From an uncultured candidatus Porisulfidus sp. (lineage in GTDB: Bacteria > Pseudomonadota > Gammaproteobacteria > Poriferisulfidales > Poriferisulfidaceae): DNA of 64,000 bases. The notes beneath the pieces were generated by a model, which saw nothing but the letters and a program-made list of their open reading frames with translations, searched no databases and was not told the DNA's origin. The stretch is taken from positions 608,001 to 672,000 of the forward strand of contig OZ220480.1 in the NCBI GenBank assembly GCA_965116025.1, written 5' to 3'. The translations under genes and the position numbers were made by a program. Below, in pieces: positions 9,122 to 19,446 of the stretch (position 1 is its first letter; each line of letters starts with the position of its first letter).

Positions 9122-9445
9122 TTAATTGATTGATGCCATCCGTTCCCGGACGGCCTCCGCCCAAGCGTTCCGCTTGGGATTCCGTGAGCGGCGCGGCAAG
9201 CGTCTTCCCCCGCGCCCTCGATGCTCCTTCTCATGGCAACGCCAGCACAGCGTGACGCAATTCGCCATCCGCCAGGCGTCCGCCGTGACCTCCCCGAATT
9301 GGATCGCCGGCTTGACGTGATGCACCACCAGCCTCCGCAGGTAATCCCCGCAATGCCGGCAACGCCAGCCGTCGCGCTCCATCACGGCCAGCCGCATACG
9401 CTTCCATAAACGCGAGCCGTAGAAACGATCCTTCGCGGAGCTCAT
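9122..9445 (-). CDS. HNH endonuclease (cos-packaging associated type)
   Basis: FYGSRLWKRMRLAVMERDGWRCRHCG...VHHVKP...NCVTLCWRCHEKEH. Confidence 0.92.
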   Translation of the reverse strand: MSSAKDRFYGSRLWKRMRLAVMERDGWRCRHCGDYLRRLVVHHVKPAIQFGEVTADAWRMANCVTLCWRCHEKEHRGRGGRRLPRRSRNPKRNAWAEAVRERMASIN

Positions 9446-11007
9446 AGCGCCATCCCCAGCTCGTCCAGCGTGAAGTGGATCGCCGGCGCGTCCGCCGCCG
9501 CGTCTTCCGCCTCGCGCCTCCGTCCGGACTCCGCTACCGCGAGCATGACCGCGCAGGCCAAGTCATTCCGTCCGCCAGGCCGCGCCCCGTCCGGCGGCGC
9601 CTTGACCAGCACCGGCTTGCCCATCACGTTTATGCGAACCTCCGCCGCCGCCAGCGAGCCGCGTAGCGTGAGAGATCGCCGCGCCCGAACGTTGCGGTTC
9701 AAGACTTCCCGCCGAAACTGCAAAGCGTCTTCCGCGCCGTGCAGTTGCCCCATGCCTCGCCAGACCATCTGGACTCCGTCCAGCCCGTGAGTCCGGAGCG
9801 CGTCCATCAGCTCGCCTTGCCTATACCGATCGGCGACGACCACATGGGGCCGCCCCCACCGCTCGAGCGCGGCCCCGATCACGTCCGCCGGCGGCGGCAC
9901 CCGTTGCCCGTCCGAGACTCTGAGATCCCCCTCCTTCCTCATCGCCTCGTACAGCCCGGTCTGCACCCGGTCGTTCCGCTCCCGATCCTCGATGCCCGGT
10001 ATGCCGCCAACGACCGCGAAGCCGTCGACGTGTCCTTCCCCATCGCAAGCCGCCGCCGCCGACCACGCCGCCGATCCCCCCAGGTCGATCCCCAACGCGA
10101 ACGGCGAGCCGATCGCCAGCCCGTCCTCCTCGATCGCGCCCCAGTCCGCCGCGTCTATCAGCGGTTCCCGCAACCTCTCGCTGATTCCCAGATTCAGCCG
10201 CAACGCCCGGAACGACCGGGCGAATATGTCATCCTTTCGCGCCCGCGCAAGGTCGGCCTTGACCTCGCGCCGAAGCGTGTCCGTCATTCCCGGATTCGCC
10301 CGTAGGCAATTCTTCCAAGTCAATTCGTCATCCGCCGCCTTATGGACTTGCGCGTAGCAGTCCGGCGCCCCCTCATTCACCAGCCGCGCCATCCAATGCG
10401 TAGGCGAGGACGGGAACGTCGACAGCGCGATCATTCGCGCCGCCTCCACCTTGCCCGCCGCCGTCGTTATCGCGGAGAACACCCTATCGGCCTCCGTCTG
10501 TTTCAGTTGCGCGGGTTCATCGACCAGCCACCATCGACAGCCCTCGCCATGAAGAGACTCCGGACGCGGCGAGACGGCGCGATAGCGGATCGCCCGCCGC
10601 CGGTTAAAGATGCTGAAAGAGTTGGCCGAGTCCGTGATCCGCCAGTTGGAGCGGTCGGCCTCTATCAACGGCGCCAAGTAATCGAGGACGAAACGCCCCA
10701 AGCGCTTCGCCCCCGCGAACGTGTGAGACACCGACACTATGTCCGTCCGCTCGACCGCGTCCGGACGCGCCAGCTCCACCGCCGCCAACGCCCCGATAAA
10801 CGCCGTCTTGCCTCCCCCGCGCCCCATCGAGAGCAAGGCTATCCGCGTGTCTTTCGCGTATACTCCCGCCAAGAACTGCTTTTGCCAGTCCCTCAGGGCG
10901 AAGCGTTGCCCACGCAACGGGCCTTCCGCTACGCGCAAGCGCCCGATCATCTGGGCGACCCGCGCCGCACCAGTAAGTTGCCGGGGGGTGTTAGATCGGC
11001 GGATCAT
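9442..11007 (-). CDS. terL: Terminase large subunit
   Basis: LRDWQ Q-motif, Walker A MGRGGGKT, Walker B WLVDEP, ANPG, nuclease GIDLGG and NDLACA; exact start uncertain. Confidence 0.9.
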   Translation of the reverse strand: MIRRSNTPRQLTGAARVAQMIGRLRVAEGPLRGQRFALRDWQKQFLAGVYAKDTRIALLSMGRGGGKTAFIGALAAVELARPDAVERTDIVSVSHTFAGAKRLGRFVLDYLAPLIEADRSNWRITDSANSFSIFNRRRAIRYRAVSPRPESLHGEGCRWWLVDEPAQLKQTEADRVFSAITTAAGKVEAARMIALSTFPSSPTHWMARLVNEGAPDCYAQVHKAADDELTWKNCLRANPGMTDTLRREVKADLARARKDDIFARSFRALRLNLGISERLREPLIDAADWGAIEEDGLAIGSPFALGIDLGGSAAWSAAAACDGEGHVDGFAVVGGIPGIEDRERNDRVQTGLYEAMRKEGDLRVSDGQRVPPPADVIGAALERWGRPHVVVADRYRQGELMDALRTHGLDGVQMVWRGMGQLHGAEDALQFRREVLNRNVRARRSLTLRGSLAAAEVRINVMGKPVLVKAPPDGARPGGRNDLACAVMLAVAESGRRREAEDAAADAPAIHFTLDELGMAL

Positions 11008-11697
11008 CTGGGGGGTATCCAGGTAATGCCGCCGGATACCCCCCGGCTATATGTACTCGAAGCATATTCATCATGGATGCCATCCTAGATGAAGTCCGCG
11101 CCATCTGTCAATAGCCTAATTCGCCAAGCGAGATCGCGCCCCGCCAGGGGTATACCCCCCTCCCTCTCGCCGACAAAAAAAAAGTGTAGCGGTAAAGCGC
11201 ACTTTTCCCGGCTAGACACGTTTTGCCCGTGAAGCCCGCAGGGTTCCCTAAACTCGATAGATTTCCCGCGATCTCGCGCCCGCCTCGCGCCTCGCGCCCT
11301 CATTCACCCGCCCCGAACGCGCAAGCCCCCCACGCGCGATTTACGCGCCTTCCTCGATGCCCGAAATTGACCGAAAAGTGCAACTTTTCCGCGCTCGCGC
11401 CCGCCTCGCGTAGCTTCTCACCACCGCTCGGTAGCGGCTTGCCGCCGACCCGTATTGACGGATGCCATTGGCCGCCTAGCGATCGTTTCAGCACAGCGCC
11501 TAGCGCGCGGCTTTGGATAATTCCCTTCGCTTAAAGGCGAAGCGAGGAATTATCGCGCCGCTCGCTTAGGCGCGTAAGCGGCGTTGACCCGCCCGCAACG
11601 CGGGCGTATCTGTCCTATACCCTAATAGCGTGAAGCGATTCGGCAAGCCGGACTTCACTGGGCGCTACTCACGGCGGGCGCTTCGCCCTTTTCAGCC

Positions 11698-14600
11698 CTA
11701 TGTCATTCCAACGGCGGGCCTAATTTCCGCTTTCGCAGGCGCTTCGCGGCCTCTCATAAGGCGGCTTGGCCGGGCTTTCTCATACACCTCGGTGAACTCA
11801 GTGAAACTCCAACGTCCGAATTTTTCGAGCGCGTTCACACCAGGCACCCAATACGTATCCATGGTCGCCTTCTTCGCCTTGGCATCCTCTCCCCGATAGC
11901 CCTTGATTTCTACGACCAAGTGCAGAAGGTCATCAGGACCCCGTCCGTCATCCACCAGAACGATGAAATCTGGAATGTAGATTCGCGTCTTCGCTCCATA
12001 CCGATAGGGCACCTTGAAATCCAATCCATGATTCTTGATGTAGGACCGCACCTTTGAATGGGCCTCCGCGACTCGACAGAATTCGGCTTCCCAACTACTA
12101 TCGCATACGACCCAGTTAACGTGGCTTTGATCAGAGGCGGTCTTCCATAACGTTTTCTTTGATGTCGTGAAATTGACGTTGGTTGTAGATCCAACTGGGT
12201 TGTAAGGATCCAAGACCGCTTTGACTGGACGCGCGCCCACATTCTGGGCGACTATACCTTGCGTGATACGCTCGCAAGCCATGTCCGCGAGTGATGGATA
12301 CATCAGCTGCGCCATAGAGGTTCCACCTCTGCAGACGAGGTGATGATCCAGCCAGTGACGCGTGATTCGCTTGAGCTGACCGAACAAATAAACTTTTGGC
12401 TCTTCGTTCGAGTCATGCCATTTCGTTTCCAGTAGTCGCTTTGTCAGGTGATACAGCAAGGTAGTGCGACGCAAACCGCCCGTGTCGACCAGTCTCAGAT
12501 CCACTCCCTCACCGATTATGCCCTCGTTACGGATCTTAGTCGGCCCCACAAGATCGGGAGTTAACTCCAGCGTCGAATCTTCACTGAACGTTGCATGCAG
12601 AAAATCTTCTGGTAGATCGACTCGGTAGCCCGCGACACGTGGGAAACGGATTTCGCAAGCATCCCGCTCCGGCGTGATCGCCTTGACATGAACGGTCTTG
12701 CGAGGCGGTTGCGGTGGCGCGACCACGGGTTTCGCGGTAAAGTCAAAAGGAATTCCGAACACGTCCGCATACTCCACGGGAAGCATGCCCTCATCGTTCA
12801 ACTCATAGGATTGCCGGCGGAGCGCCCTGCCTACCGCTTGCTCGCACAAAAGTTGGGTGCCAAAAGCGCGAACACCGAGAACATGGGTAACGGTGTTGGC
12901 ATCCCATCCTTCTGTCAACATCGAAACAGAGACCACGCAACGGATCGTTTCGCCCAATTGTCCTTTTTTGCCAACAGTGTTCAGAACTTCGCGCAACAGG
13001 TCCTGATCGGCAATATTATCGCCGTCACGAATGTCGCCAGTGCGCCGAATGCGGTCGCGACGAAAGCGCTCAATTTCATCTACCGCGATCTTGTGAAAAC
13101 TTGGATCCAAGGCATCTCCAGATTCAATTTGCTCGCTATCGATCAAGAGAGTGCGCGGTCGCCCTAATGGAACACCATGGTCATCAAAATTTCGGAACAG
13201 GTCAAGATGGCCGTTGACTAGGGTTTGCGAACCATCCTGTTGCTTTTTATGGAATCCCGCGATGTAGTCGTAGATCAACTTTGAGGTCGATGTGTTGTTG
13301 CAGATCACGATAAAACAGGGAGGAACATCTATGCCAGCGTCGCACCAAAAGTCAAAGGTTTTTTTGTAGTCGCCATAGATAGCATCCAATGCTGTCTGCA
13401 ACATCACCGGAAGATGGCGAGGATCCTGATCGATTCTTTGGCGCCTTTTTTTTGGCATATCTGCACCGATATGCTCCCATAGATTGCGGTATTTCGGCAT
13501 GTCGCCATCAGCGATATTGTCGGCCACTGGCACTCGCGGCAATTTGACGATCCCGCACTCAATCGCGTCCATCAGCGAGAAGTCGCTGACAGTCCAAGGA
13601 AACAGCGTCCCTTCCGCATAACCCGATCCACTCAGGAAAAAAGGTGTCGCGGACAAGTCGATGGCGCGCGGGCCCACGGATGCCGGACGGTTCTCCGGCA
13701 TCCCTTTGTTGAGCGTGCGCGTAACCGCCTCCAATCCAGAAACCCAGAGCCTCGCGGCCTCTCGATTCTTTTTTGCCTCCTCGCGCGAATCACCCCGTAG
13801 CTGATCCCTTTCAACATCTGGCTTCTCCCGATAGCAGTGGTGCGCCTCGTCATTCAATATGAGCACGTTCCTCATGCCCATGAGCTTGGGCATCACCCGC
13901 TGGAGCATCTGCCCTTCCGTTTCTGTGGAACACAGATCCGGGCCGCGGCCCTGGAGAAACGCCCGACCGCCTTTCGATAAGTTCATCGTGTCTCGGAGCT
14001 TGAAGGCGTGATAGTTGGTGATCACGATCTGCGCGCGGTTCAAGTCATTCAACATGTCTCCGGGAACGAGCTCTCGACTTTGATAGTAGCTGTCCGGGTC
14101 ATTCGGCTGAAGAACTCGGAGACGGTCCTTGATAGTAATGCCCGGAGTGACGACGAGAAATCCCCGGGTAAAACGATGGCTGGACGGGTGGCGAACCGCG
14201 TTGATCGTCTGCCACGCGATCAGCATAGCCATGACCGTGGTCTTGCCCGCGCCAGTCGCCAGTTTCAGCGCCAGCCTTTCCAGACCCGGGTTGGCTTGCT
14301 CGTTCACGCCACGTATGTGATCAAGAAACTGTTTTCCGGTTTTATCAGAGGGCGCGACTTCGGTCAGCCAAATCACCGTCTCGACGGCCTCAAGCTGACA
14401 AAAGAATGGGCGGTAATGGCTGAATTTATGGTGATGCCAGTGATCCAGCAGATGCTCCGTCTCCGGTGTTACTCGAGATTTCAACAGGTTTCGATTTGAC
14501 CTCCATCTGTCTACAGCGCCACGAACGTTATTGATGGCATCCTCCAGTTCGTATTCTTGGCCATCGATTTGTCGCGTTGGCTCATCTACAGCCAAATTTC

Positions 14601-14775
14601 GCTGTGCAGTGCGCTGTCTTGGTCGGGGAATCGGCGTAATGAAGGATACCTTACGCCGCTCCTCGATAATTTTTTCTGTAGGCTGGCCGCTATCGTCGAG
14701 TTCCCAATGACGTGATGGAATCTCGTAAGGAGAATTCAGGACGGGACACTTAAAAAACTCTTGGGAACGGTCCAT
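11698..14775 (-). CDS. res: Type III restriction enzyme Res subunit; last 26 aa come from the inserted element
   Basis: Walker A LATGAGKT, DEAHH, MLTEGWD, QAVGRALRR, PDFIV...VEIKG nuclease; likely start MDRSQEFFKCPVLNSPYE. Confidence 0.92.
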   Translation of the reverse strand: MDRSQEFFKCPVLNSPYEIPSRHWELDDSGQPTEKIIEERRKVSFITPIPRPRQRTAQRNLAVDEPTRQIDGQEYELEDAINNVRGAVDRWRSNRNLLKSRVTPETEHLLDHWHHHKFSHYRPFFCQLEAVETVIWLTEVAPSDKTGKQFLDHIRGVNEQANPGLERLALKLATGAGKTTVMAMLIAWQTINAVRHPSSHRFTRGFLVVTPGITIKDRLRVLQPNDPDSYYQSRELVPGDMLNDLNRAQIVITNYHAFKLRDTMNLSKGGRAFLQGRGPDLCSTETEGQMLQRVMPKLMGMRNVLILNDEAHHCYREKPDVERDQLRGDSREEAKKNREAARLWVSGLEAVTRTLNKGMPENRPASVGPRAIDLSATPFFLSGSGYAEGTLFPWTVSDFSLMDAIECGIVKLPRVPVADNIADGDMPKYRNLWEHIGADMPKKRRQRIDQDPRHLPVMLQTALDAIYGDYKKTFDFWCDAGIDVPPCFIVICNNTSTSKLIYDYIAGFHKKQQDGSQTLVNGHLDLFRNFDDHGVPLGRPRTLLIDSEQIESGDALDPSFHKIAVDEIERFRRDRIRRTGDIRDGDNIADQDLLREVLNTVGKKGQLGETIRCVVSVSMLTEGWDANTVTHVLGVRAFGTQLLCEQAVGRALRRQSYELNDEGMLPVEYADVFGIPFDFTAKPVVAPPQPPRKTVHVKAITPERDACEIRFPRVAGYRVDLPEDFLHATFSEDSTLELTPDLVGPTKIRNEGIIGEGVDLRLVDTGGLRRTTLLYHLTKRLLETKWHDSNEEPKVYLFGQLKRITRHWLDHHLVCRGGTSMAQLMYPSLADMACERITQGIVAQNVGARPVKAVLDPYNPVGSTTNVNFTTSKKTLWKTASDQSHVNWVVCDSSWEAEFCRVAEAHSKVRSYIKNHGLDFKVPYRYGAKTRIYIPDFIVLVDDGRGPDDLLHLVVEIKGYRGEDAKAKKATMDTYWVPGVNALEKFGRWSFTEFTEVYEKARPSRLMRGREAPAKAEIRPAVGMT

Positions 14776-14958
14776 GTTGAATTGGTCTTTGGTTGAATAT
14801 TCTGGCCCGCTCTGATAGCGTGGCAAATCGCGTATTTCGCCACCCCCCATCCCTGCGCGATTCCACTGCTTTCTGGAGCGTCTCTATTTGAAGGTATGTG
14901 CTATCTGTTGTCAAGATCAGCCAGCGACGCGCCCAGCCTTGGCGGATCAGCCATCGAT

Positions 14959-15003
14959 TCACTTCTCGATCAACTCCTGATATCGGTCCAGCGATTTAGG
15001 CAT
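14959..15003 (-). pseudogene. Possible truncated N-terminus of the restriction endonuclease partner of the C5 MTase
   Basis: ATG overlaps the MTase stop (ATGCCTAA); encodes MPKSLDRYQELIEK* only. Confidence 0.35.
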
Positions 15004-16326
15004 ACGCTATTCTCCTCGCCATGCGCTCGCGCTCAACCTCGGCTTGCTTGCGCTTTCTCACGCCATTTTTTCTGCCCCGGCGGTTGAGCGGCGGCTCCAC
15101 ACCAAATCGCTCAGCGGCCTGAGACAAATTTAGCGAGAGGAGCGCGGCATCGCCCAACGGAATAGGTGTCGTGGACCCGCTCGGCGTAACCCCCAAAGCA
15201 TCGATCACTTGTCTCGCCACGGCCCGCGCGAGCGGCGGGGGAACCGCGTTGCCAATCTGCCGCGCACCATGCCACTTCGTTTTGTTGAAGCGGAACCAAT
15301 CGGGAAAGCCGTGTAGTCGCGCCATCTCGCGGACGGTCACGCAACGATCAAATTTATAGTGAATGGGGCGCGGGCTCGTGAACGCGCCTCGCGCTCCATC
15401 CGTTCCGGCGCGGAGGGTGTTCGAGACGCCTGATGCGCGGAGCTTGAAAAACCTGCTAACCGGCTCCACCGCCCCCGGCTTCGTCGCCCCAAACCGTTCG
15501 CGCGAAACGCTGGTGTGCGCCGTTCGAGCGCTTGATGTCAACATCCCGGGATTCCACTCCCGAACGTGTCCAAAGTGCCAAGCGTCACCGGTGAGACATC
15601 GAAGCCGCGCCGCATAAGGTGACGGATCGCCAAACGCCGACGTGCCCACGGCGTCCGAATTAGCCAGAGTCTGGAAACGGTCCGCGTCAGGAAGGTCCCC
15701 CAGAGCGTCCGCGCATGTCGGCCCGAGGGGAAGGTTCTCGCCGCGCTCGCGCCCACCAGCGATATTGGTCAGCGCGGCGGGATAGCTCGGCAAGACTTCG
15801 CCAGTTCTCGCGCCAAGAAGGATCAGTCGCTCCCGGTTTTGCGGAACGCCGAAATGTCCAGCGTTCAGCACACGCCAAGGAACTCGCGCCTCGTAACCAG
15901 CTTTCGAGAACTCATCGACCAGCTCGTCCAAGAACTTCCGATGGCCTCCGACCGTCAGGCCCTTCACGTTTTCGAACACGAACGTTCGGGCTTCCAACTC
16001 AACGACGATGCGGACGAATTCCCACACCAGCCGATTCCGAGGATCGTCGAGAGCGCGATGCCGATCAGCGAGAACCCTTGGCAAGGAGCGCCGCCAAACA
16101 CACAATCGATCTCGCGTCGTCCAATTCCCGCCTCGTCCCGAATTCTCTTGCCGGAGACATCCTCTATGGGCCTAGGAATAGTGGCCGAGCGTGGAAAGTT
16201 ATATTTGTGAACCGCGCAGTGCACCGGATCGATCTCAACAGCGGAGACGATATCGAAACCCGCCTGCTCGAAACCCAAACTCAGCCCACCCGCGCCAGAA
16301 AACACGTCCACGCCAACAGGTCTCAC
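14996..16326 (-). pseudogene. DNA (cytosine-5)-methyltransferase, frameshifted near 16061
   Basis: Motif I DVFSGAGG and catalytic GGAPCQGFS in one frame; DDPRN, FVFENVKG, QNRER, RLHGFPD, QIGNAVPP in another; one base missing at ATC-GG-CAT. Confidence 0.9.
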
Positions 16327-16461
16327 GGTTCCGCTCCTGACTCCTCCCCGGGATCGTCGCGACCATCTTATCTCCCTCAGTATCCCGCTCCGGCAGACCA
16401 CCCATCCAACGCGGCGAAAAAGCGCGCTGAGACCACCCCCCGAAACCGCGGGGGGGCAGAG

Positions 16462-19446
16462 TCAGAGATCCACGCTCAAGCCCAAAAACATGTAGCGGCC
16501 CAGCGCGTCGTAGACACCGGGAAAAACGTTTCCGTTACCGAGACGGGATGGCCCTGCCGGGTTGCCCGCGATGGGCGGCGACTTGTCCAGCAGATTACTG
16601 GCGCCGAAACGGATTTTCACGTCTCTCGCGACCTGCCAAGCGACGACCAAGTCAAGATAGTTCCTCTCTTGGAGATCGACAAGATTCTCGTCGTCTCCGT
16701 CGACGCGGTTGATGTGGCGCCACAGGAGGCTCGTGGTGATATCCCATGGGGAATCCCAGGTGACGCGAAGGCGATTCCGCACGTCTGGCACCGGGGGACC
16801 GCAGGTCCAGTTTCCGGCGCAACGCTTCGTCGGCGCGCCCTCAAGCTCTCTTAGATCCCAGGAATCGATATAGGACAAGACGTTGTTGAACGACAGCGTC
16901 CCCCATGTCCCGACCCCCAGGGCATAGTCGAGCGCGACGTCGAGGCCTTCCACCTCTTCGCCGGGCAGGTTGTCTCGTAGCGAAATCACATGTCCGCTGC
17001 TATCGAGCCTGGAACCGACCCACAGGTCGCCGCCGCGGCCGCGGCGGACCCTCGCGCACAGAGGCTGGTTTCCCGCGAGGCATTGCCGGAGGACCTCCTC
17101 TGGATCCGGCGCGCGGACACCTCCCTCGATCTGGATTTTGTAGTAATCCATCGTCAGGGACAGCCCGGCGATGGACTCGGGCGTGAGCGCGAGGCCGATC
17201 GACCAGGTTTTAGCGACCTCCGGGGACAGATCGGGGTTGCCCCCCTGCAGGGTGTTGTACTGGGCCGCCGGCGAATGCTCGATCTTGCCCCATTGGTCCC
17301 GGGTCACGCCTGACCGCGCGCACTGCTCGAAAGTATAGCCTTGCGCGGTCTTGCCGTCGGCGACCGCTCCCGCGCATGGATCCCGGCTCATCTCGAACAG
17401 ACCGAATCCTCGCGGCAAGAACAGCTCCTGCACGTTGGGCCCCCGAGCCGCCCGCTGATAGCTGCCGCGCAGCCGAAGGTCCTGGTTGACTTTCCAACCC
17501 AGCCGAAAAGCGTAAGTGTGGGTGGTTTCGTCGTAGTCGTAGTCGGAATAACGGTAGGCCGCGTCCAGTAGAAGCTCCTCCATGCGCTTCTCGCCCTCGA
17601 CCAAAGGAACGCTGGCCTCCACGAAGAGCTCAGCGACGTCATAACCGCCGCTGATCGCGTGAGTCGCGCCTCCCTGACCCGCCCCGTCGCCGGAACGAAA
17701 TCCCTCGTCGGGATCGAGTCTCAGGGTTTCCTCGCGGTATTCGGCGCCCAACGCGACGCTGACGGGGTTGTCGGCGAGCGGAGAGCGAACGTCCCGCGAG
17801 CCCAGATCGCCGGAAATGAAGGCGGACGCCACGGTTTGCCCGGTCTCGCCGCGAATTCGCAACGCTTTCGCCAAATAGTCGACCATCTCCCGGGTGACCG
17901 CTCCGGTCCGGAAGATATTCCACGGAACGCAGTCCGGATCCTCCACCACGCCCCGGTCGTCCGGCAACGCGGCCCGGCATACGATTTCGCTGTCGGGGTC
18001 GTCTGGATTGGACCGCACGGCGTCCAAGGCGCGCCGAATCCGGGTGATGGAGAGGTCGTTCCTGTACGCGCTACGCATTTCCACCTTCGCGTGCTGCGCG
18101 AACGCGTCGAAACGCCAAAAGTCACCGATGTCGCCGCGCAGGCCTAGCACGCCCCGGTAGCTGGCGTGACGCAGTTCTTGCCGGCGGGCTCCGCCCTCGA
18201 TGTTACGACGGCCGATATTGGCGATCTGCGCGTCTTCTCGCGTCAACCCCCGCGACCCGCAGAGCGCCTCGAACTGCTGGTCCGAAAGGAACGCGTTGCC
18301 GCAATTCAGCTGATCGGTATGAAAGAAGTTTCCGGACGGAGCGATCTGGGCGGTGGAGCGATCATTCATGTACATGAGCTCGGCGTAGGCCTCCGCTCGC
18401 TCCCCGACCTCATGGTGGCCGAAGGCTCCGAGAGCGTAGCGCTCGTCGGGCCGCTGGAAGTAGTTGGCCGGACCGTAGTTGTAGGTCTCGCCCTGACGGT
18501 CCACGAACCGGTCGCCCTCAACGATGAAGTCGAAGGGGCTGGCCGTGGCGGCGAAGTCGGTGAATCTTCCTTGCGGGATCGTGGAAGAGCCCAGACAGGC
18601 GCTCAGGTCGTCGTTGAGCGCGCAAGAGCTGTAGTCTCGATCACCCTGAAGAACCGCGTTGATTTCCCGGTAGGTGGCATAGGCCGTCACATTGCCTCGA
18701 CCTCCGGGAGTCTCGAATCCGCCAATCAGGGAGAACTCGGAAATCCCTCCGTCGGTCGCGTGACCGCGGGCGACCGGGTAGCCCGCGTCCGAGACGATTC
18801 TCCGCCACCGTCGATCATCATTGTCGTGGTCGTATTGCCCGTATTGGACATCGAGGAGCACGCCCTCGAAATCGTCTCTCAGATGAAAGTTGATGACTCC
18901 AGCCACGGCGTCGGAGCCGTACGTGGCGGACGCTCCTCCAGTCAGGATATCCACCCGCTCGACCAGCGCGCCGGGGATTTGGTTGATGTCCGGCGCGACG
19001 CCACCCAGCAACGGTGAGCCCGCGGGCAGGCGCCGACCGTTGACCAGCACCAGCGTGCGCTCGGCGCCGAGGTCGCGCAGGCTCACGGTCGCGGTACCGG
19101 TGGCGCTGTTCGACTGGCCCGCGCTCTGGCCCGCGTACACCTGCGGATACGAGCGCAGCATGTCCTCGATTCGGGTCGCGCCCTGAAACTGAATCTCCTC
19201 CGAATCGATCCGGGTGATCGGGCTGGACCCGGCCAGCTCGTCCCTTTGGATGCGGGATCCGGTGACCGTGATCTCCTCCACGCTTCCGGTACCCTCTCCC
19301 GCCCGCGCGTCAGCCACCGCCACCGCGACGAAGCCCAACGCCGCGCCCGCGAGGAGCGAGCGAAGCCGGAGCTTCCGAGCCCATGCCGGGTCGCGTCGGG
19401 CGCCGTCATCCGACGCGATGTCGCTGGCTGGTGGATTTCTTCGCAT
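16462..19446 (-). CDS. TonB-dependent receptor
   Basis: Signal peptide, EEITVTGSRI TonB box, plug LRDLGAERTLVLVNGRR, GGASATYGSDAVAGVINF, C-terminal YDALGRYMFLGLSVDL; start approximate. Confidence 0.93.
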   Translation of the reverse strand: MRRNPPASDIASDDGARRDPAWARKLRLRSLLAGAALGFVAVAVADARAGEGTGSVEEITVTGSRIQRDELAGSSPITRIDSEEIQFQGATRIEDMLRSYPQVYAGQSAGQSNSATGTATVSLRDLGAERTLVLVNGRRLPAGSPLLGGVAPDINQIPGALVERVDILTGGASATYGSDAVAGVINFHLRDDFEGVLLDVQYGQYDHDNDDRRWRRIVSDAGYPVARGHATDGGISEFSLIGGFETPGGRGNVTAYATYREINAVLQGDRDYSSCALNDDLSACLGSSTIPQGRFTDFAATASPFDFIVEGDRFVDRQGETYNYGPANYFQRPDERYALGAFGHHEVGERAEAYAELMYMNDRSTAQIAPSGNFFHTDQLNCGNAFLSDQQFEALCGSRGLTREDAQIANIGRRNIEGGARRQELRHASYRGVLGLRGDIGDFWRFDAFAQHAKVEMRSAYRNDLSITRIRRALDAVRSNPDDPDSEIVCRAALPDDRGVVEDPDCVPWNIFRTGAVTREMVDYLAKALRIRGETGQTVASAFISGDLGSRDVRSPLADNPVSVALGAEYREETLRLDPDEGFRSGDGAGQGGATHAISGGYDVAELFVEASVPLVEGEKRMEELLLDAAYRYSDYDYDETTHTYAFRLGWKVNQDLRLRGSYQRAARGPNVQELFLPRGFGLFEMSRDPCAGAVADGKTAQGYTFEQCARSGVTRDQWGKIEHSPAAQYNTLQGGNPDLSPEVAKTWSIGLALTPESIAGLSLTMDYYKIQIEGGVRAPDPEEVLRQCLAGNQPLCARVRRGRGGDLWVGSRLDSSGHVISLRDNLPGEEVEGLDVALDYALGVGTWGTLSFNNVLSYIDSWDLRELEGAPTKRCAGNWTCGPPVPDVRNRLRVTWDSPWDITTSLLWRHINRVDGDDENLVDLQERNYLDLVVAWQVARDVKIRFGASNLLDKSPPIAGNPAGPSRLGNGNVFPGVYDALGRYMFLGLSVDL

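Larger units (their letters stand above)
746..11778 (-). mobile_element. Phage-derived capsid-encoding element (satellite-like) inserted in the res 3' end
   Basis: Co-oriented terL-HNH-capsid-portal plus RTX cargo and HTH genes, bounded exactly by the two halves of res. No integrase seen. Confidence 0.8.

Noticed and set aside
745-11784. IS630-type TA target duplication bounding the element
   Set aside because: Joining at the TA dinucleotides gives GTG TAT TGA, a stop that puts the res tail out of frame. No terminal IRs or DDE gene are present.
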